Positions 40,033 through 54,009 of a stretch of 64,000 nucleotides of DNA are shown in pieces (position 1 is the stretch's first letter; each line of letters starts with the position of its first letter). This DNA is from Octopus sinensis (Eukaryota). Under the pieces are notes generated by a model. The model saw nothing but the letters and a program-made list of their open reading frames with translations. It had not been told where the DNA came from and did not search any database. Location of the stretch: contig NC_043005.1 of NCBI RefSeq assembly GCF_006345805.1, positions 41,540,001-41,604,000 on the forward strand, read 5' to 3'. A program made the translations under genes and the position numbers.

Positions 40033-40699
40033 TAACACACACATTTATGTATGTAATTCTGGCTTTCATTATATAGGTATATCTGCGCCTATGATACTGA
40101 CCGTTTTTGGATCAATACATATCTAGTAGTGGTGTATATCTGATTTCCACAGCATGGATAATATAGTATCCATTTTTCTGTTGTTCTCAACGTTTAAGAA
40201 ATTTGAACTCATTAATATAACCCTTCGAAAACGATTGGTTCAAACTTATACGTTGGAGCAACCGTGATTCGTAAATTATGACAAGCAGTGATGACACTAT
40301 ATAAAAAAAATTCTGGATTAAGAGATTACTTCAGTAATTAATTTAGAACACAATATCTAATCTGCCACAACTACAAACTCTTCTTTTCATTCGGGAATTG
40401 AAATTCCTACTCTAGGAAGAAAATATTAATTCGAAATTTATCATCCCATCTTTTAAAAACTCACATCCAATCCCGCAAGTTATTATTTGTTCATTCCTTT
40501 ATTCTAAAGATCAAAAGTGGGAATAAGGCAGTCTTAAATTCCTTTTACTGCTACTTAATTTGGGTCTGGTGATGGCATTGATGAATATTTAAATCCTGTA
40601 TTGAATGTTTTGCAAAAAAAAAAAAAGGCTGCTTCACTTTTATGATCCCATTTTTTTATTAAATGTTTATGGGTTAGCCATAGGAAAGAAACTCAGTGC

Positions 40700-41880
40700 C
40701 TGTAACCTTTTGAGACACATGTAGAGTTGTAGAATCGATAAAGTTAATGTTTAATTTGAACATCTGTTGGAGAAACGTGGCCAGAGAGGAAGTGCCAGGG
40801 GGTAAAATTTCTGGGCAGCAATGACTTTGAGAGCTTCCAGTTCTGGGTTTTAAAAGGAAATGACGGAATGACTACGTAAAAGGGATCTGGGCGGAGGAAA
40901 TATGAAACGTTTATTTAAAAGCAGCAAATATAATTTTATGCAGCAATGAAAGAAGCAGAAAGTAGTAATTGTTCTTCTAGAAGAATCGTTATATTATGCT
41001 GGTGAATCATTCTTTATTGTGAAGCAGTAATGGCATCCATTTCTCTGTGCTTTGGAGAGGATTTGCAGGTAGTTAGAGAAAAAGTATTTCATAGCACTAG
41101 AGAAAAATTTACATCTTTTCATTGCAATTTTTATGATGCTGTATTTACAAGACACCATCACTGGCGATTGTGAAACTCAACATTTGTTGGGATGTTGAAG
41201 TTTTGAGATGTTGAAGCAATGTAACATCTGCTTAGAAGTGTCTTTTGTTATCTAGTGATATCTAGAATGTCGTTAACGTAGAGCAATAAAAATATCGGTA
41301 ACCTAACTTGAGATGCGCCAGCGTCATCAGAGTGTGGGTCGGAGGGTATCTCGTCGGCATACATATGTAATGGTGGTAGATTTCTGACCCGAAGATGGTA
41401 GACGAACAAAGCACACCGACAGACAATGTATGTAAGGGCTTCTCCCACTAGACAAGTTCAAATACCTTCAAATAAGTTCAAATAAGAGTAGCAATTTTAC
41501 TTCATCAAAGTTCTCAAGTAGTAAAGTGCCACAAATGGATGACAAAGAGGCCTGTTTATTATGAAGGAAGATGCAACGCCATGAAAAGATGGTGGCTAAT
41601 GTCTTTGAGATATTGACAATAAGGGCGATGATAGTGTTGGAGAGGTTCAGCTGCATGGATTCAGAATACACTGTACCATGTTTTTAAAGTTTAGATTAGA
41701 TTGAAATGTTCTACAAAGGACAAGCTAGCATCGGGGCACTCTGTTTCAGAATGATGGAAGCAACGTTATCAAGGATGTTTACAAGTTTTTCACTAGTAGA
41801 ATGTCTACATCAAATCCGGTAAGGTATCATGACAGTTGCAAATGACGTAAGATTGAAGAAGTCGTACGGAAAGATATGGT
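40700..41880 (-). mobile_element. Old degenerate CR1/Jockey-group LINE RT remnant
   Basis: IIALIVNISKTLATI (like ALDISKAFD), ASQVRLPIFLLLYVNDILDIT (like PQGSVLGPxLFLLYVND) and a C-terminal ..MFKLNIN-like end; many stops. Confidence 0.65.
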
Positions 41881-41934
41881 CGAATTGCTAGTATCCCACA
41901 AGGCAAGTTTAGCTAACAAGGAGCTGATGCTGTG

Positions 41935-42199
41935 AGAAAAAAAGCAGCCTAAGATTACAGAAATTCAAACAAGCCTACTTAAATTGACTGCAAAAAATAT
42001 TGCTAAAAGACTGGTACTTACAGATGAAGATCTATAAGCCTTTACTGATAACAATGCTTATCATGAACGTAAGATGAAAATTACGAGAGGAGTTTATAAT
42101 GAGATTTGTTCATATTCTGAACTGTACAATGGGATGATGTGCCATAATCCTCAAACAATTTTAGATAAGTTCTTCGCCCCTCAAGTAGAAGATGATTAG
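41935..42199 (+). mobile_element. Tigger/pogo-like transposase C-terminal remnant
   Basis: LTAKNIAKRL..AFTDNNAYHERKMKITRGVYNEICSYSELY...QTILDKFF resembles the Tigger C-terminus (ERS.KV.R.V...CY.E.Y...QT.LD.FF). Confidence 0.6.
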
Positions 42200-42207
42200 G
42201 AACAATA

Positions 42208-42429
42208 TATTTCTTTATTGCCCACAAGGGGCTAAACATAGACGGGACAAACAAGACCAGACAAAGGGATTAAGTCGATTAGATCGACCCCAGTGCGTAA
42301 CTGGTACTTTATTTATCGACCCTGAAAGGATGGAAGGCAAAGTCGACCTCGGCGGAATTTGAACTCAGAACGTAACGGCAGAGGCATTTCACCCGGCGCG
42401 CTAACGTTTCTGCCAGTTCGCCGCCTTAA
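42208..42429 (-). mobile_element. SINE family A, short form, with perfect 16-bp TSD
   Basis: Reverse complement of the 1478-1698 type; TSD atgattaggaacaata at 42192-42207 and 42430-42445. Confidence 0.92.
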
Positions 42430-43249
42430 ATGATTAGGAACAATAAAATAGAACAGTGTTCTTCATCCTCCCAGTAACTATCATTCCATTCCTGCTCTTC
42501 ACAAATCAGTAGTCAACATCTTTTGTAGCAAGAACGTACCCTTGTATAATATTATCATTATTATTTATTTCTTAACGCATTTCTCTTTAAACTTTTTATG
42601 AATACATATTGTACAATGCACGCTTAAAATCATTTTCATGCCTGCTTTTGTTGTTGTTTTTCGTAAATAATCGTTGGAAAGCATGCTCATATTATAACAT
42701 GACAGACAATAGGAACATTAAGTCTGCATTACGACCAGATATTTATGAACACATTACTTCTTTAAAGCAGGGTATTCCTGTATTTATATATATTGCTCAG
42801 TGACCTAAAAGTTATGGCTTGTCAAAGTTGTAATATGTTTTGATTACAAGACTCAAAAACAATTTAAAATATTTATTAAACTTACTGGTTCAATTGAAAT
42901 TCACAATTTAGAATCAAATTATTGCTACCACATACCGCGAAGGAAATTACTCATTTCACTACTTACTGAGACTTCTATTTCTGATTTTTGCTAATAATAA
43001 CAATAAAAAGAAATAGAAAAAAATAATTATAAGAGGTTGTAAATCAACAACTAGTTTCAGGTCACTACAAATGCTAAGTTTCACACAGCCTGATGATCTA
43101 TTATTATGATCTGACGTAAATAAAATTGCTAAGTCTATATTCATAGACATGGCTTCGTTTTTGAGGTCATAAAATACTTCTTTCCTGATCAATTGCTGAT
43201 CCTCTATACAGCTCGTGTACGATCTATATTAAAGTTTTACATGCATCTT

Positions 43250-43600
43250 TTATCTTTTCTCTTTTTCAACCATTATTCTACGACCATGCTGGGGCACAGC
43301 TTTGAAGAATTTTTAGTCGAATGTATCGACCCCAGAACTTAATTCTTTTAAAGTCTGGTACTTATCCTATCAGTGTCTTTTGCTGAATCATTAAGCTACA
43401 TGGATGTAAACACACCAGCACCGGTTGTCAAGCAGTAGGGTGAGAGTGGGGGTGGGGTGAAAACCGACAGAAAAATACTGTTCGTCTTTCAAATTCACTC
43501 AGAAGGCTGTGGTCGGCCAGAAGCTATGGTACAAGACACTTGTCCAAGATGTCACCGTGTGGTTCGGAAGCAAGCTTCTTACAACACAGCCACGCTTGCG
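43250..43600 (-). mobile_element. SINE family B (diverged)
   Basis: ccatgctggggcac..ttagtcgaatgtatcgacccc..gtaaacacaccagcaccggttgtcaagc..ggaagcaagcttcttacaacacagccacgcttgcg. Confidence 0.8.
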
Positions 43601-44740
43601 TAATTTTTTTCCCACAAGATTTTCGGACCCCAGTAATGAACTTATTTGCATACAGTCAATCAGAGATTGCCTTGAAAATCCACATACTGTGTACTACTAC
43701 AGTACAGCCACTCAGGCATAGAATGGTGTATGCCACTCTGTGAGTACAGCATAGCAGGTCTCACATAAGTACCCCACCACCATCCTAATAGATCAATTGA
43801 GCACCATCACTATATGGAGCTAACATTATGTACATATGCTCAGACTGAGATTAGTGATACTGCATGTACCCATTGATATATGCTAGGAGGGCGCAATACG
43901 ACACAACGCCAGATTGATTACGATGTTTCCAGATCAACACCATCTTAAATTAGGAATGTACAAAATCAGTCAAAAAATTAGGAAACTACTCTCATTTACA
44001 TTTTCTAGTAAAATACGCAAATTGCCAATACCTATGACATCACCGGTGAGCAGGTTCCCATTTACTTTATACACTAAATTTAACATTTGCCACCCCTATT
44101 AACCCGTTTAGAACAGTTAGATTTTGTTATAACGCACATTGTTCACTGAACTCAACCAGAGTATTTTCGTGACTAGGTGGACACCAGTTTGATAGTTGAG
44201 CTCTGATTGGCTGTATGCAAATGAGTTCATAACTGGAGTCCAGAACTCTCGTGGGAAAAAAATTTCGCGCCACGCCTGCGCCTATTATTTATATAAACAT
44301 CATAATCCACATGCAAAAGAAGGTCACTTAACTGAAAACCCAACATTTCCTCACCAAATCGTTAAAACTACTGTTATTCAACTATGTTGTCGTTTGTCTT
44401 TCCAGTTATATCCAAGATTGCTCATCTACCATAACAGCTCTACCAAAGTCTATCGCTAAATAGTCAGTCCACTCGTAATTTCCCGATCTATTGGTTTAGA
44501 TATTACAAGCTTTCACATCATGTATTCCGATTTGCTGTATATATCTGCATATCCCTTTTTACTTTTATACAGTCAATTTTCTGTGCCATATCAATGATAA
44601 TTACTATACCAACATATTTTTCGGAATCTGTAAGTTTATAAATAATTCTGATGCAAACATCCATGCATGTCTTCATCTATACATATGTGCGTGCGTACGT
44701 ACATGCCTGTATGCCTCTATCTATCCATACGTACGTACAT

Positions 44741-44842
<102 letters not shown>

Positions 44843-44854
44843 GTATATATATAG

Positions 44855-45070
44855 TTAATCCAAACAAGAAAACCCCCCCCAAAAAAACAAAAATACACAA
44901 CAACGCGAGGACGTGGAACAAATAAAGTACTATTGGACGCTCAGGAAAGAAGGGAAGAAGGAGGGTTTAACGTTTCGAGCGGAGCTTTTCGTCGGAAACA
45001 TAGGAGAAGGAAAGATCCCGAGAAGGGAAAACAGAGGGAAAAAATCGCCAGCGGTACTCACGAGGTCACA
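44855..45070 (-). mobile_element. ~210-bp microsatellite-flanked repeat (copy 2) with a hammerhead-like motif at 44965-44999
   Basis: Near-identical to 35781-35982; one substitution breaks the first pair of stem II. Confidence 0.8.
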
Positions 45071-46989
45071 TATATATACACATACATACATATATAACAG
45101 GGTGAATATCGTTATTTGAAACAAAGAATAAAGAGAATGCTCCATCGTAGAGATCAGGTGTCTTACTGATGTGAATATCTCTTCAAAAATGGAGAAGGAC
45201 GACTATAATTAATTTTATTATTTTAATTGATTTAGTAATAGTGGAACAAGTAACTGGAAAACAAAGCATGAGTAACAAGTATTCTTTTAAAATATATAAT
45301 TTGTACTTTAACTAAAAGAATAGTTGATGTAAATAGGAAGAGGATCAAACACTCTGCCTTCCCTGTGTACGTGCCTACTTCTGTGACATTTCAATGAAGA
45401 TTTTAGAAACTTCCAAAGTAAGATTGAAAATCTGAAGTGATGCTGCTGATAAATTTCTAATGACAGATTCAAATCTTATTCCTGGAGGAGTAATCAAATG
45501 ATAATGAATAAAGTCATGTGAAATACAATTACACTCATCTGTTTGAGCGAAATCGCAGTTAATGAATTCTCATTAACTGAAACCTACATCAATTTATTTA
45601 GTCAGCTCGTGTTTGACAGCTTTGAATACACAACTTGGAAATTTGTTAATTGGTCGGTTTTAAGGCTGAAGTAATGAACATCGACTAACTTATAAGCAGA
45701 TAAATATGTTCGTGATGCAGACGAATATATAAAAGGTCTCTTGCAATACCATTGTTCTATTTCATGAAATATTCCAATGGAAATATCACATATCTCGTAA
45801 TTAGTAACCCACATTTTAAACCTGTCTGTTGTACTTTTGGCAATAGACAGGTCAAGTAAATTAAAGTATTTGCCGATAATTATTATATGATCTCTTCAGT
45901 CGCCCAGGAAAGTTTAAAATGTCTTTCCTATCGAAAGTATTTATATACGTTTATTATCGGAGTGTGCTTTGATTCTTATGTGTTTGTGCATGTGAGGCTT
46001 ACATATCTGTGTGATTGTTGTGTGTGCGGGTTTGTTGGCATGCACGTGGACTCGCATCAGTTTGTGAAACAGTAAAATACGAAGTCTAATCAGATGTAAT
46101 CTATATTGAATACCACAATTATGAGTTATTTGTAAATGCTATACTGTAGATTAATTTGAAATACATTGCGATTATTACATATGAAAGATTCTAAAACTAT
46201 GTAATACAATTTTGCTTATAAGAAATTAATCAGACACTTGTGTAACATTATATGAGACCGTTTTAATGCATCATCTAGGGAGCTGTTGATATAGCGTCAG
46301 CATTCATAAGTGTTATGTTAATGGCAAGTCATGTATGATAAGTAGAAAGCTATCAATAGTTTCATTTGAAAGATACTATCCCAGTCAGAACTTCTCTTCT
46401 TCAACACGATAACAATGGATACCTTTTCCTGATCACAATGGATACCTTTTGACAACTCCATCTGCTAAATTAGCCCAAGATAATTTCAAGAAAATATGTT
46501 ACATTTTTGAAGAGACGCTAGGTTGTGTTTTACCTTTATCTTCCCTACTGAATCGCTAACATTTAGTTGAAAGCGATTTTCTCACTTGTGCCTTATTTTT
46601 TGTATCCCCAGATCTACGTTTAGCTGGACATAACCCACTGCTCAAAATTACACCCAAACATTCATAAAAAAAAAACATGGAAACTCCCGACAAAAGTTTT
46701 CTTATCTCTCTCTCTGTATATATATATTACTCACACATGTATATATATATACTCACACATATATATAATAACTGTAATTATATATATTTTTGTTATAATA
46801 ATAATATTACCTCCAATTGAAACGAATAATCTAAATAAATTGATTGAAAAGAAATGGGTTGAACCACTCGGAACTGAACACATCATCAATGCCGACACAG
46901 CTCCGTACGCACCCAACACATCCACATAGCCCCGCTTCAATTTCTACCAAGTTTAAAGCATAGATTGTTTTCTGTCTAGCATACATGTT

Positions 46990-47193
46990 TATCAATTTGC
47001 AAACAAACCTAAGGGCTGTTAGATTTGGGATAAAAGCGACGATACAGGATTTTGTTTTGTTTAGATTAGTCGCTTTAATTGAAGCTTATATAATTATAAT
47101 AAAAAAATAATATATAATTACAGTTATGATAAAAATACCTATGTGGTCGCTTTTCTCCGAAATTTAACAGCCCTTGGGTTTGTTTACAAATTG

Positions 47194-47196
<3 letters not shown>
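46990..47196. mobile_element. MITE with ~50-bp TIRs
   Basis: tatcaatttgcaaacaaacctaagggctgttagatttgggataaaagcgac / gtcgcttttctccgaaatttaacagcccttgggtttgtttacaaattgata; TA at both ends; AT-rich interior. Confidence 0.88.
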
Positions 47197-47224
<28 letters not shown>

Positions 47225-47826
47225 CGTTTATAAAATATCATATAAAATGTTGTAAGAAATTTGGAAAAAAAAATCTATTTATTTTTTCAATATTATTAGC
47301 ACTTTCGTTCCTTTCTCCGGCTTGTCAAATTAAATTTTGTGAATGTAAAAACACCTTGTTCATTTATATAAAACAGATGTTTTTTGGTGGGTTTGTTTAG
47401 AAGAGAACATTGTTTTTGCTTTTTGGGGTGAGGTTTCATAACAATGGTGACGGAGAGATGGAAATATAGGTAGGTAGATCGGATCATATATAGATAAATA
47501 GATTGAGAGATAGATAAATAGATAGACGGATAGATAGATAGTCAGACATGTAGGCAGATAGGTAAAAGGAAAGAGAGAGACTGGGATATTACCCTTCTTA
47601 TTAACCATTTATTTACTTATTTATTTATTTAGTCCTTTATCATTGTATTGGAATGGATTTAAGGATGTACATCACACCTAACACTCTATACACACACACA
47701 TATACATATATATATGATTATATACATACATATATACATATATAACTATATACATACACATACAGACAGACATACACATATATATTTATATTAAAAGTAG
47801 GGAAGGCCGGTTTATATGATTACCCT

Positions 47827-47938
47827 GGCGTATCGTCAGACCTCGAAAACCTGTTGGCATGACCTAAGAACTCTTCAAAGTATCTTGATATTTTGAAGAG
47901 GTCTTAGGCCAACACGTTTTGGGGTCTGACGATACACC
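47827..47938. repeat. ~110-nt near-perfect hairpin
   Basis: ggcgtatcgtcagacctcgaaaacctgttgg..cctaagaactcttcaaagtatc-tt-gatattttgaagaggtcttaggccaacacgttttggggtctgacgatacacc. Confidence 0.88.
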
Positions 47939-48222
47939 ATAATGACGTGTGACAAAAGAATTTTGACAAAGAAACAAAAACTGATAATAATAAAGCTGAA
48001 GTAAAGACCAAACATATAGTGCGTGTGTTTAATTGGAAAAATATGATTATCCTCAAGTATAGCAATTAAAATATCCTTTCTTAAATGCGAATTTTACGAT
48101 GACGTAAGTAAACTTTCGTCGATTAGAAAATTATAACAAAATATATTCCCACTGAAGTCAGGAGTTTTGTTGAGATATTGAATATTTATAATGTAATGAG
48201 AGACAGAGGTAGATAGATTAAG

Positions 48223-48225
<3 letters not shown>

Positions 48226-48284
<59 letters not shown>

Positions 48285-48289
48285 CTGAA

Positions 48290-48338
<49 letters not shown>
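48226..48338. repeat. (GA)n microsatellite with variant units
   Basis: Read directly from the sequence. Confidence 0.95.
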
Positions 48339-49797
48339 TTAATGAAAACTATAGCAGCAATTGCGGATGCATGTCAAGGCCTGTAGCTATGAAACAGAAT
48401 TTTCTTAAATGTGTTCCACCTACGGATGCGAGATTTCAATTAAGCACTTTCACAGGCATTTGAATGCTTTGATAAGGGAAGCCTTATTGAAACATAGTTT
48501 TTATTGCAATTAGGGTTTGAAATCACTGAAAGAATTTCGCTTACATTAAAATTTCATTTGACTGAGCTTCCAAACTTTACACTATGTGCTGAGATGATTC
48601 TAGACATTTTCACTTTATTTCGATTTGCAACTGTTATAAGCTACATTATTTGTGTCTGCTTTGAAACAGTAATGAGAAATATTCGTAACAAGAGCTAAGG
48701 TAGCTATATTTAGACTTCAAATTTAATTTATTATTAAGCAGTATAAACTTTAATAAGCACTGCGACGCATATGCAGTAAAGACAAGTAGCCAAGGACAGT
48801 GGGTGTCTTTACTGATAGGTGAGTGCTTTGTGAGCGGAAGAAATGAAACTTAAACTGGTTGTCGTCGCTGATACATAACTACCTTATTCTAATAATTTAT
48901 GCAACGAAATAAGTAAAACATCTCGAGGTGCTTATTTACTAGTAAACAGTATTTTCAGCTACTTTGAGTTTCAGACTGTTTCTTGAGAATAACATTAATC
49001 ATTTTCATTCTTGACTATTTCAGCGAGAGGTTTATCTGGACAATACATTGGTTACAGACGTATCTCAGAACACAGCTATTTCTATTTCTGATTTCTTAAC
49101 ATAATTCTTATTTATGTTACCTGGGTGATTTTCTGTTTAATAGCACAGTGGTTCTCTTTTTATTGTCTCTGTATTCAGTCACTGACTGTCTGTTTGCTTG
49201 TACACACACGCGCACGTACATACACGTACACGCACACATACACACACACATACACACATACATACACATATATCACTAGACATTGCTGGCAGGTGTAAAC
49301 ATCTTACACTCGCCCTACCTTGTCTCAACAGGTTAACGATAGTTTATTAGTTGCGTTGCTGTTATACGCGTACGCTCATAAAATATACACAATCACGCAC
49401 TTGAAATTTCTCTCACTCACATATATCTTTAACTGTAATCTCTCCCTATATTTTTAAGACGACCTGTTCACATAATGAATGCACTGTACATGCACATGCA
49501 TGTATTCCACTTATATATAGTTACAACGCAAATATACTTTCAGCAGCGCTGAAATCTTAGTAAAAAAAGAACTGACTCGTCCAAAGCACTAAGATATTGA
49601 TCACACAGAACATTTAGAAAAAAAAAAATACTGTCAGCAATTCAGAAGTGATTCATAGACACAAAGTGGGGTGTCGGTACCACCGCTCCAATTTCACTGG
49701 TAATCTTCTATTGGTATATATTAGATTAAACACTAAACGGAATTGAACTTTCGCTGACAAATCCCCGTGATTCGAACTCAGCCATAAAAGTGATAAA

Positions 49798-49818
49798 ACA
49801 ACAACAACAACAACAACA

Positions 49819-49859
<41 letters not shown>

Positions 49860-49870
49860 CACTACTACTG
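49798..49870. repeat. (CAA)n(CTA)n compound trinucleotide repeat
   Basis: Read directly from the sequence. Confidence 0.95.
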
Positions 49871-50366
49871 CATTTAGTGCCGCCGCTGCTGCTACTGTTG
49901 ACTGCTGCTTCCATGCAGGTAATTAAACATGAACTTCCAATACGTACTTATAAATGTACAAACACACACGTCACTATTGTACAACACGGAAGCATAACGG
50001 TAGGTTGGATAAAATTTCTGTAATTGTTGTTATAAAGATTACACTGTTGGCTTATCTGTATTATGTTTGTACATGCATACATACATGCATACATACATAC
50101 ATACATAAATACATACATACATACATACATACATACATACATACATACATACATACATACATACATACATACATGTATATGGATAGCAATGCGTTTCTGA
50201 GTTGTGAAGTTTTCGTGAAACAATATGCTGTTCATTGACTCATGCTTGTTTTGGTGAAGTTTACGTACAATACAATTCCTGTCTGTAGCGACAAGAATTT
50301 CGAACAATGTTGAAGGTAATAGTGTAATATATGCTTCTTTTATTATTTGCTTATAATTATTTATTG

Positions 50367-50665
50367 TGAAGGCGCGTGGTTTAGTGATTAGGGGTATTTG
50401 GCTCACGATCGCAAGGACGTGAGTTCGATTCTTGGTGACGTGTTGTGTCCATAAGCAAGAAACTTTATTTCACTTAGCTCCAGTCCACTCAGCCGATAAA
50501 AATGAGTAGTACCTGTATTTCAAAGGACTGGCCTTGTCACACTGTGTGACGCTGAACCTCTCTGAGAACTACGTTAAGGGTATGTGGAGAGGTCAGTCAC
50601 ATGCGCGTCATTTTCGTTCCGTTGATCGAATCAACAGAAAAACCTCGTCGTCGTTACCGATGGAA
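50367..50665 (+). mobile_element. SINE family C (tRNA-like head)
   Basis: ggcgcgtggtttagtgattagg (A-box-like) ... gagttcgattc (B box) ... gtacctgtatttcaaagg..ggccttgtcac..gagaactacgttaaggg. Confidence 0.82.
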
Positions 50666-51019
50666 TGCTAGTTATTCTTTTATATGTTTCAGCCTTGAAT
50701 CTGCGGCCTTGCTGGGGCACATTAAAAAAACATTATTTTATGGTAATTGCATGCTATATTTCTTACCTACTTTGATTGTATTCATATAAAATGCTTTATA
50801 AAGACACTCAACTGATTTTGTTTGATATTTCTGTAATACAACTGAGGAATAATGTTACTATACCATTTCCCAGCATTGATTAAACGGTATCTTATTTCAA
50901 CTTGACCTTTTAACTTTCAAGCTTTCTTCGTTGTGCTATTAATTTGATGGCCAGCCTATCTTTTTAAATTATATTTCACAAAGTTCAACTTAATAATGTA
51001 TCACAGATTGTCATCGTGT

Positions 51020-51760
51020 ATAATGGTTCATACATGACTCTTCTTCGCAGTCACTTTCACCTCATCTGTGACATCAAATATTTGTCTTCGAAGTCTGTCC
51101 TTTATTGGACTGGCCGAGTGGAAATCAGAGCGCACCAGAATTCGGCTTTAAGGTGGTTGCCTAATTGCTTAGTTTGTTGCCAAAGATTCGTGTGGTTGCG
51201 CATTGAATAATTTACAGATTCTTGCTAAGTCTTTTCCCCTTTAACAGCTTCCCTCAACTTTCAGAGTGTCTTAACTTGCCGTCTGCGTTCGCAGTACAAC
51301 TATGTTCCAGAGAGTTAAAGTAAATGACGTCTACGTCGTTCCCCCAAACGGTCACCATAACATTCAAGCCTCTCTTTAATTCCTAAGGACTTGGAGAAAG
51401 GGTGTGATTCTAATCCATGGCCTGAAGCTTTGTTTCTGAATCATCAGAAATGAATGTTTTATTAGCTTCAAATACGATAAAGTTGATATGAGAAGGCTTC
51501 TGACTTTTTCTTCTTCGAGTCGGATGTTAACTGCTAGTGCATCCACTTCTGTCTTCCACTATCTTCTGTAAATTATTTGTGGCCATAGTCCAATTTTGCA
51601 GCAAGATCATGGATTCAGACACATCTGTCTGCCCGACAGATGATTCGTGTCAGTTGTTGCAGTTGAGACATAATTGAAACTGAAATTAAATATTTGTCGC
51701 ATGGCTCGAGTTTCCTACCTCTGTAATCTTCAAGTAGGAACAGTGACGTGAAGCACGAGA
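51020..51760 (-). mobile_element. Degenerate mariner transposase
   Basis: NVMVTVWGNDVDVIYFNSLE..KLREAVKGKR and QPP*SRILVRSDFH..PIKDRLR (HPPYSPDLAPSDFHLF motif). Confidence 0.75.
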
Positions 51761-51874
51761 CGCGACACAAACTCTGTGTCAGTTTCAATTAAAGAGTCAT
51801 ATCCTCTACATGTTTGAAGTACTCACTTCTCATTCGTCTGACATAAAACAGTGTACATACACATACATACACAC

Positions 51875-51905
<31 letters not shown>

Positions 51906-51925
51906 TATATATATTATATATATAT

Positions 51926-51957
<32 letters not shown>

Positions 51958-52126
51958 CATATATGCATACACACACATATAGATATATATATACATACAT
52001 TATATATACATGTAAATATATATATATATATAAATATATATTATACATATATGTATATATTATCTACATATATAGATGATATTTAAGATATATATATACC
52101 CTACACGTATGCTATATGTAATATAC

Positions 52127-53160
52127 ATCATCATCATCACCATCATCATGCGGTCGTACTTATTGCACGGATCGTTGGTTGTGACTTGTTCTCTTGAGTC
52201 TGTCCGTCCGCCATTGCACGTGATAAGTCTTCTCAAGTGCACTCGGAATCCTCGCAAAGTTTGATGTGGTCTACCAACGTTTGTGTAAAAATGCTTCGGT
52301 TTCCAAAGAAAAACGTCACTGATGATCTCATTCCTTGTTCTCCAGCTCTGTTCAGCGAATCTTGTTCTTCGTTCTCCCATGACGTGTGATATTAGTGGTA
52401 AATTACAATAAAACAAGTTCTTTTGCTGGGTGTTGTCTCCAGGATATAACCTGAGCAACTCGAAGCATTCTTGTATAAGTTCCGTCAAATCTCTTTCCAA
52501 GACGTTTTGTTAAATCCATGTTGTATATCCATATAAAACAACTGAATGCATAACCGCCTGAAAGAAATTACGATTCAAATTTAATGGAAGCTATGATATC
52601 CAGACCGTTGATAATTTATTTAAAGCTACCCAGGTTTCGCCGATTCACCGATGAATATCACTTGCGGACAGATCTTCCTTTGCAGTTTTAATTCCGAAAT
52701 TCGTTTGAAATTTTCAATGATTTTCCAGATTTTAATGTTGCCGCTTTGTTTGTACATCATATATTCTGTCTTGTCTGAGTTGAAAATAGAGACCAATGCC
52801 TTTATCAGCACTTTCAAAGCTGTACAAGAGAGACTCTGCATCACAAACTTCATCTGCTAGCAGCACCAAGTCATCAGCACAGTCAGCATCTGTGATGGAC
52901 ACAGTTGGAAAACGTTTGATTTTGGTTGGTTGAAGAGTGAATCCTTTGACTTTAATCTCATCTAAACGGCGTGGAGAACATAATCTAGAAATATTATGAA
53001 CAGGTAGAATGCAAAGGCTAGAAGACATCAGCCACTATGTCAAAGAACTCTGTGTCGCCATCTAGAGAACGAACTATAGAGTATTTCTATTCAACATAAT
53101 GATAGCGTTCACACTTCCCTTTAAGAAACCGTATGCAAGAAGTATTTCTTCCATTTTCCT
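52127..53160 (-). mobile_element. Degenerate RTE-clade LINE 3' portion with (ATG)n tail
   Basis: GFTLQPTKIKRFPTVSITDADCADDLVLLA...IGLY/FNSDKTEYM...ERRTRFAEQSWR..LWKPKH..VGRP; (cat)n at 52127-52149 forms the minus-strand 3' tail. Confidence 0.85.
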
Positions 53161-53773
53161 TATTTTTATATGCTTATATGCGTGTTCCAATTATCCCAAG
53201 AGCTATGCTGGCAGGGCTATCTATGCTAGACAGGAATAGGACCTGGAGTGACGTTAAAATAATCACACCAGAGGAGTAAACCTCAATGGTGAAACTCCAA
53301 GAGCCACGCTTACGGAGAAGCTATGGGAAGCAGCATGACGGATGCGTTTGTTTCTGTGAAGCTGGTACCTATCAAAGGTAAAACATACAAAAGAAATCTG
53401 GGCGAAAGAACTTACAAAGTTAACGGCCAAGTACCCAGTTCAGTGAAGTAACTACTGCAACATCTATAGGTGTGGTGTTTCTAGCTGAGATATTCAGCTA
53501 ACGAAAGACAAGTATGACCCTTTTTCATATTAGACACTTAAGCCGCATCGCCCATCGTGTGGCTCAACAAGGAGTGCATCCTGTTGGGGTTGTGACTTCG
53601 GCCACAGTGTTCGAAATGTCAGTAAAGAAGGCAAACTCAAAACCTAAACTTTTGAAATGTAAAAAAGTGTTTCCTCATTTCCACCTCCAACGCCCGAACA
53701 ATAAACCCCATAAATCAGTTACCAGAATTTGCTGCATCTGTTGTTAAACAAAAGATATGTAATATAATCTATA

Positions 53774-53850
<77 letters not shown>

Positions 53851-54009
53851 ATATAATATATATATATATATCTCTCTGTCTTTATTTAATACTTATGATA
53901 TATGTAATATGTTTAATATATATGAAATTTATCACATAGGCAAATTCTCAGAAAGACCGGTATTATTCTGCTTTCGCAAGACTTGTATTATGTACGAAAA
54001 TTGACTGAA

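Noticed and set aside
49790-50023. PolyQ/polyL signal-peptide-like ORF
   Set aside because: It comes from (CAA)n(CTA)n; there is no in-frame ATG before the hydrophobic run and a stop lies at 49727.
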